Origin: Candidatus Obscuribacterales bacterium
GTDB lineage: Bacteria > Cyanobacteriota > Vampirovibrionia > Obscuribacterales > Obscuribacteraceae
Assembly (NCBI GenBank): GCA_965228855.1
Contig: CBDDIJ010000005.1
Span: 864,001-928,000 of the forward strand
Direction: 5' to 3'
Length of the DNA stretch: 64,000 nucleotides
The position numbers and the translations under genes are program-made. Positions 63,566 through 64,000 of the stretch are shown here, piece after piece. Position 1 is the first letter of the stretch; the number at the start of each line of letters is the position of its first letter. Under the pieces are notes generated by a model that was not told where the DNA came from, ran no database searches, and saw only the letters and a program-made list of their open reading frames with translations.

Positions 63566-64000
63566 TAATGCTCTTATTAGTTCTCTCGCAGCTCTGTAAA
63601 CTTGACTGAGACCATCGGTCTGAAGGTCTTCTCCGCTCCAATCCCCATTGTTAATGGGCACCTCATACTCATCGAAGGATTTTCCTAATTCAGTCAGAAT
63701 GCGCTCACGGAGGCGAGTGTTCTGAACGCCGAGGGTTTCCATCACCCGGTTGGCAACACCTTCGCCCTCATCGAGCAATCCGAGCAAGAGGTGCTCGGTT
63801 CCAATGTGCTTGTGACCAAGTTGCCTCGCCGCAGCCCACGATAGCTCTAGCACGCGTTTTGCGCGAGGTGTAAATGGAATTTCGACGGCTACATAGCCCG
63901 AGCCTCTTCCAATGACCTTCTCGACCTCCATTCGCGCGGTCTTCAGCGTGATACCCTCAGACTCGAGAACACGCGAGGCCACGGCAGAGGGTTTTAAAGC
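63554..64000 (-). CDS. ClpC N-domain protein ending without an AAA+ module (5' end outside window)
   Basis: [57 protein letters not shown], then ~45 aa and stop; frame open to the window edge. Confidence 0.85.
   Translation of the reverse strand, partial: ALKPSAVASRVLESEGITLKTARMEVEKVIGRGSGYVAVEIPFTPRAKRVLELSWAAARQLGHKHIGTEHLLLGLLDEGEGVANRVMETLGVQNTRLRERILTELGKSFDEYEVPINNGDWSGEDLQTDGLSQVYRAARELIRALLKW

Overview
About 64 kb of bacterial chromosome (roughly 50% GC by eye) with no rRNA, tRNA, CRISPR array, transposase or integrase that I could recognise. The LepA and ClpC-N-domain sequences look cyanobacteria-like, no photosynthesis genes are present, and TPR, Ser/Thr kinase-LRR and TonB-C-like paralogs are abundant. 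Together these suggest a non-photosynthetic Cyanobacteriota relative (Vampirovibrionia/Obscuribacterales-like); this is inference only. Housekeeping genes (gshB-like, glnS, lepA, yitJ-like, tyrS, leuS, capD/pglF-like, larE, larB, delta-9 desaturase) are interspersed with lineage-specific genes. Best leads: (1) four small S1/OB-fold-like paralogs, three carrying short motifs that resemble ClpX-docking peptides, in a window that also has two ClpC N-domain genes without an AAA+ module; (2) a TolC-RND-MFP operon bracketed by two end-to-end paralogous secreted TPR proteins and ending at a 102-bp multi-palindrome tandem array; (3) two densely base-paired intergenic elements (about 791-1050 and 36914-37062) that look like unannotated structured RNAs; (4) a rhomboid lacking its catalytic dyad, and a TyrRS with TIGN in place of HIGH. 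All family calls come from motifs read by eye; no database searches were run.
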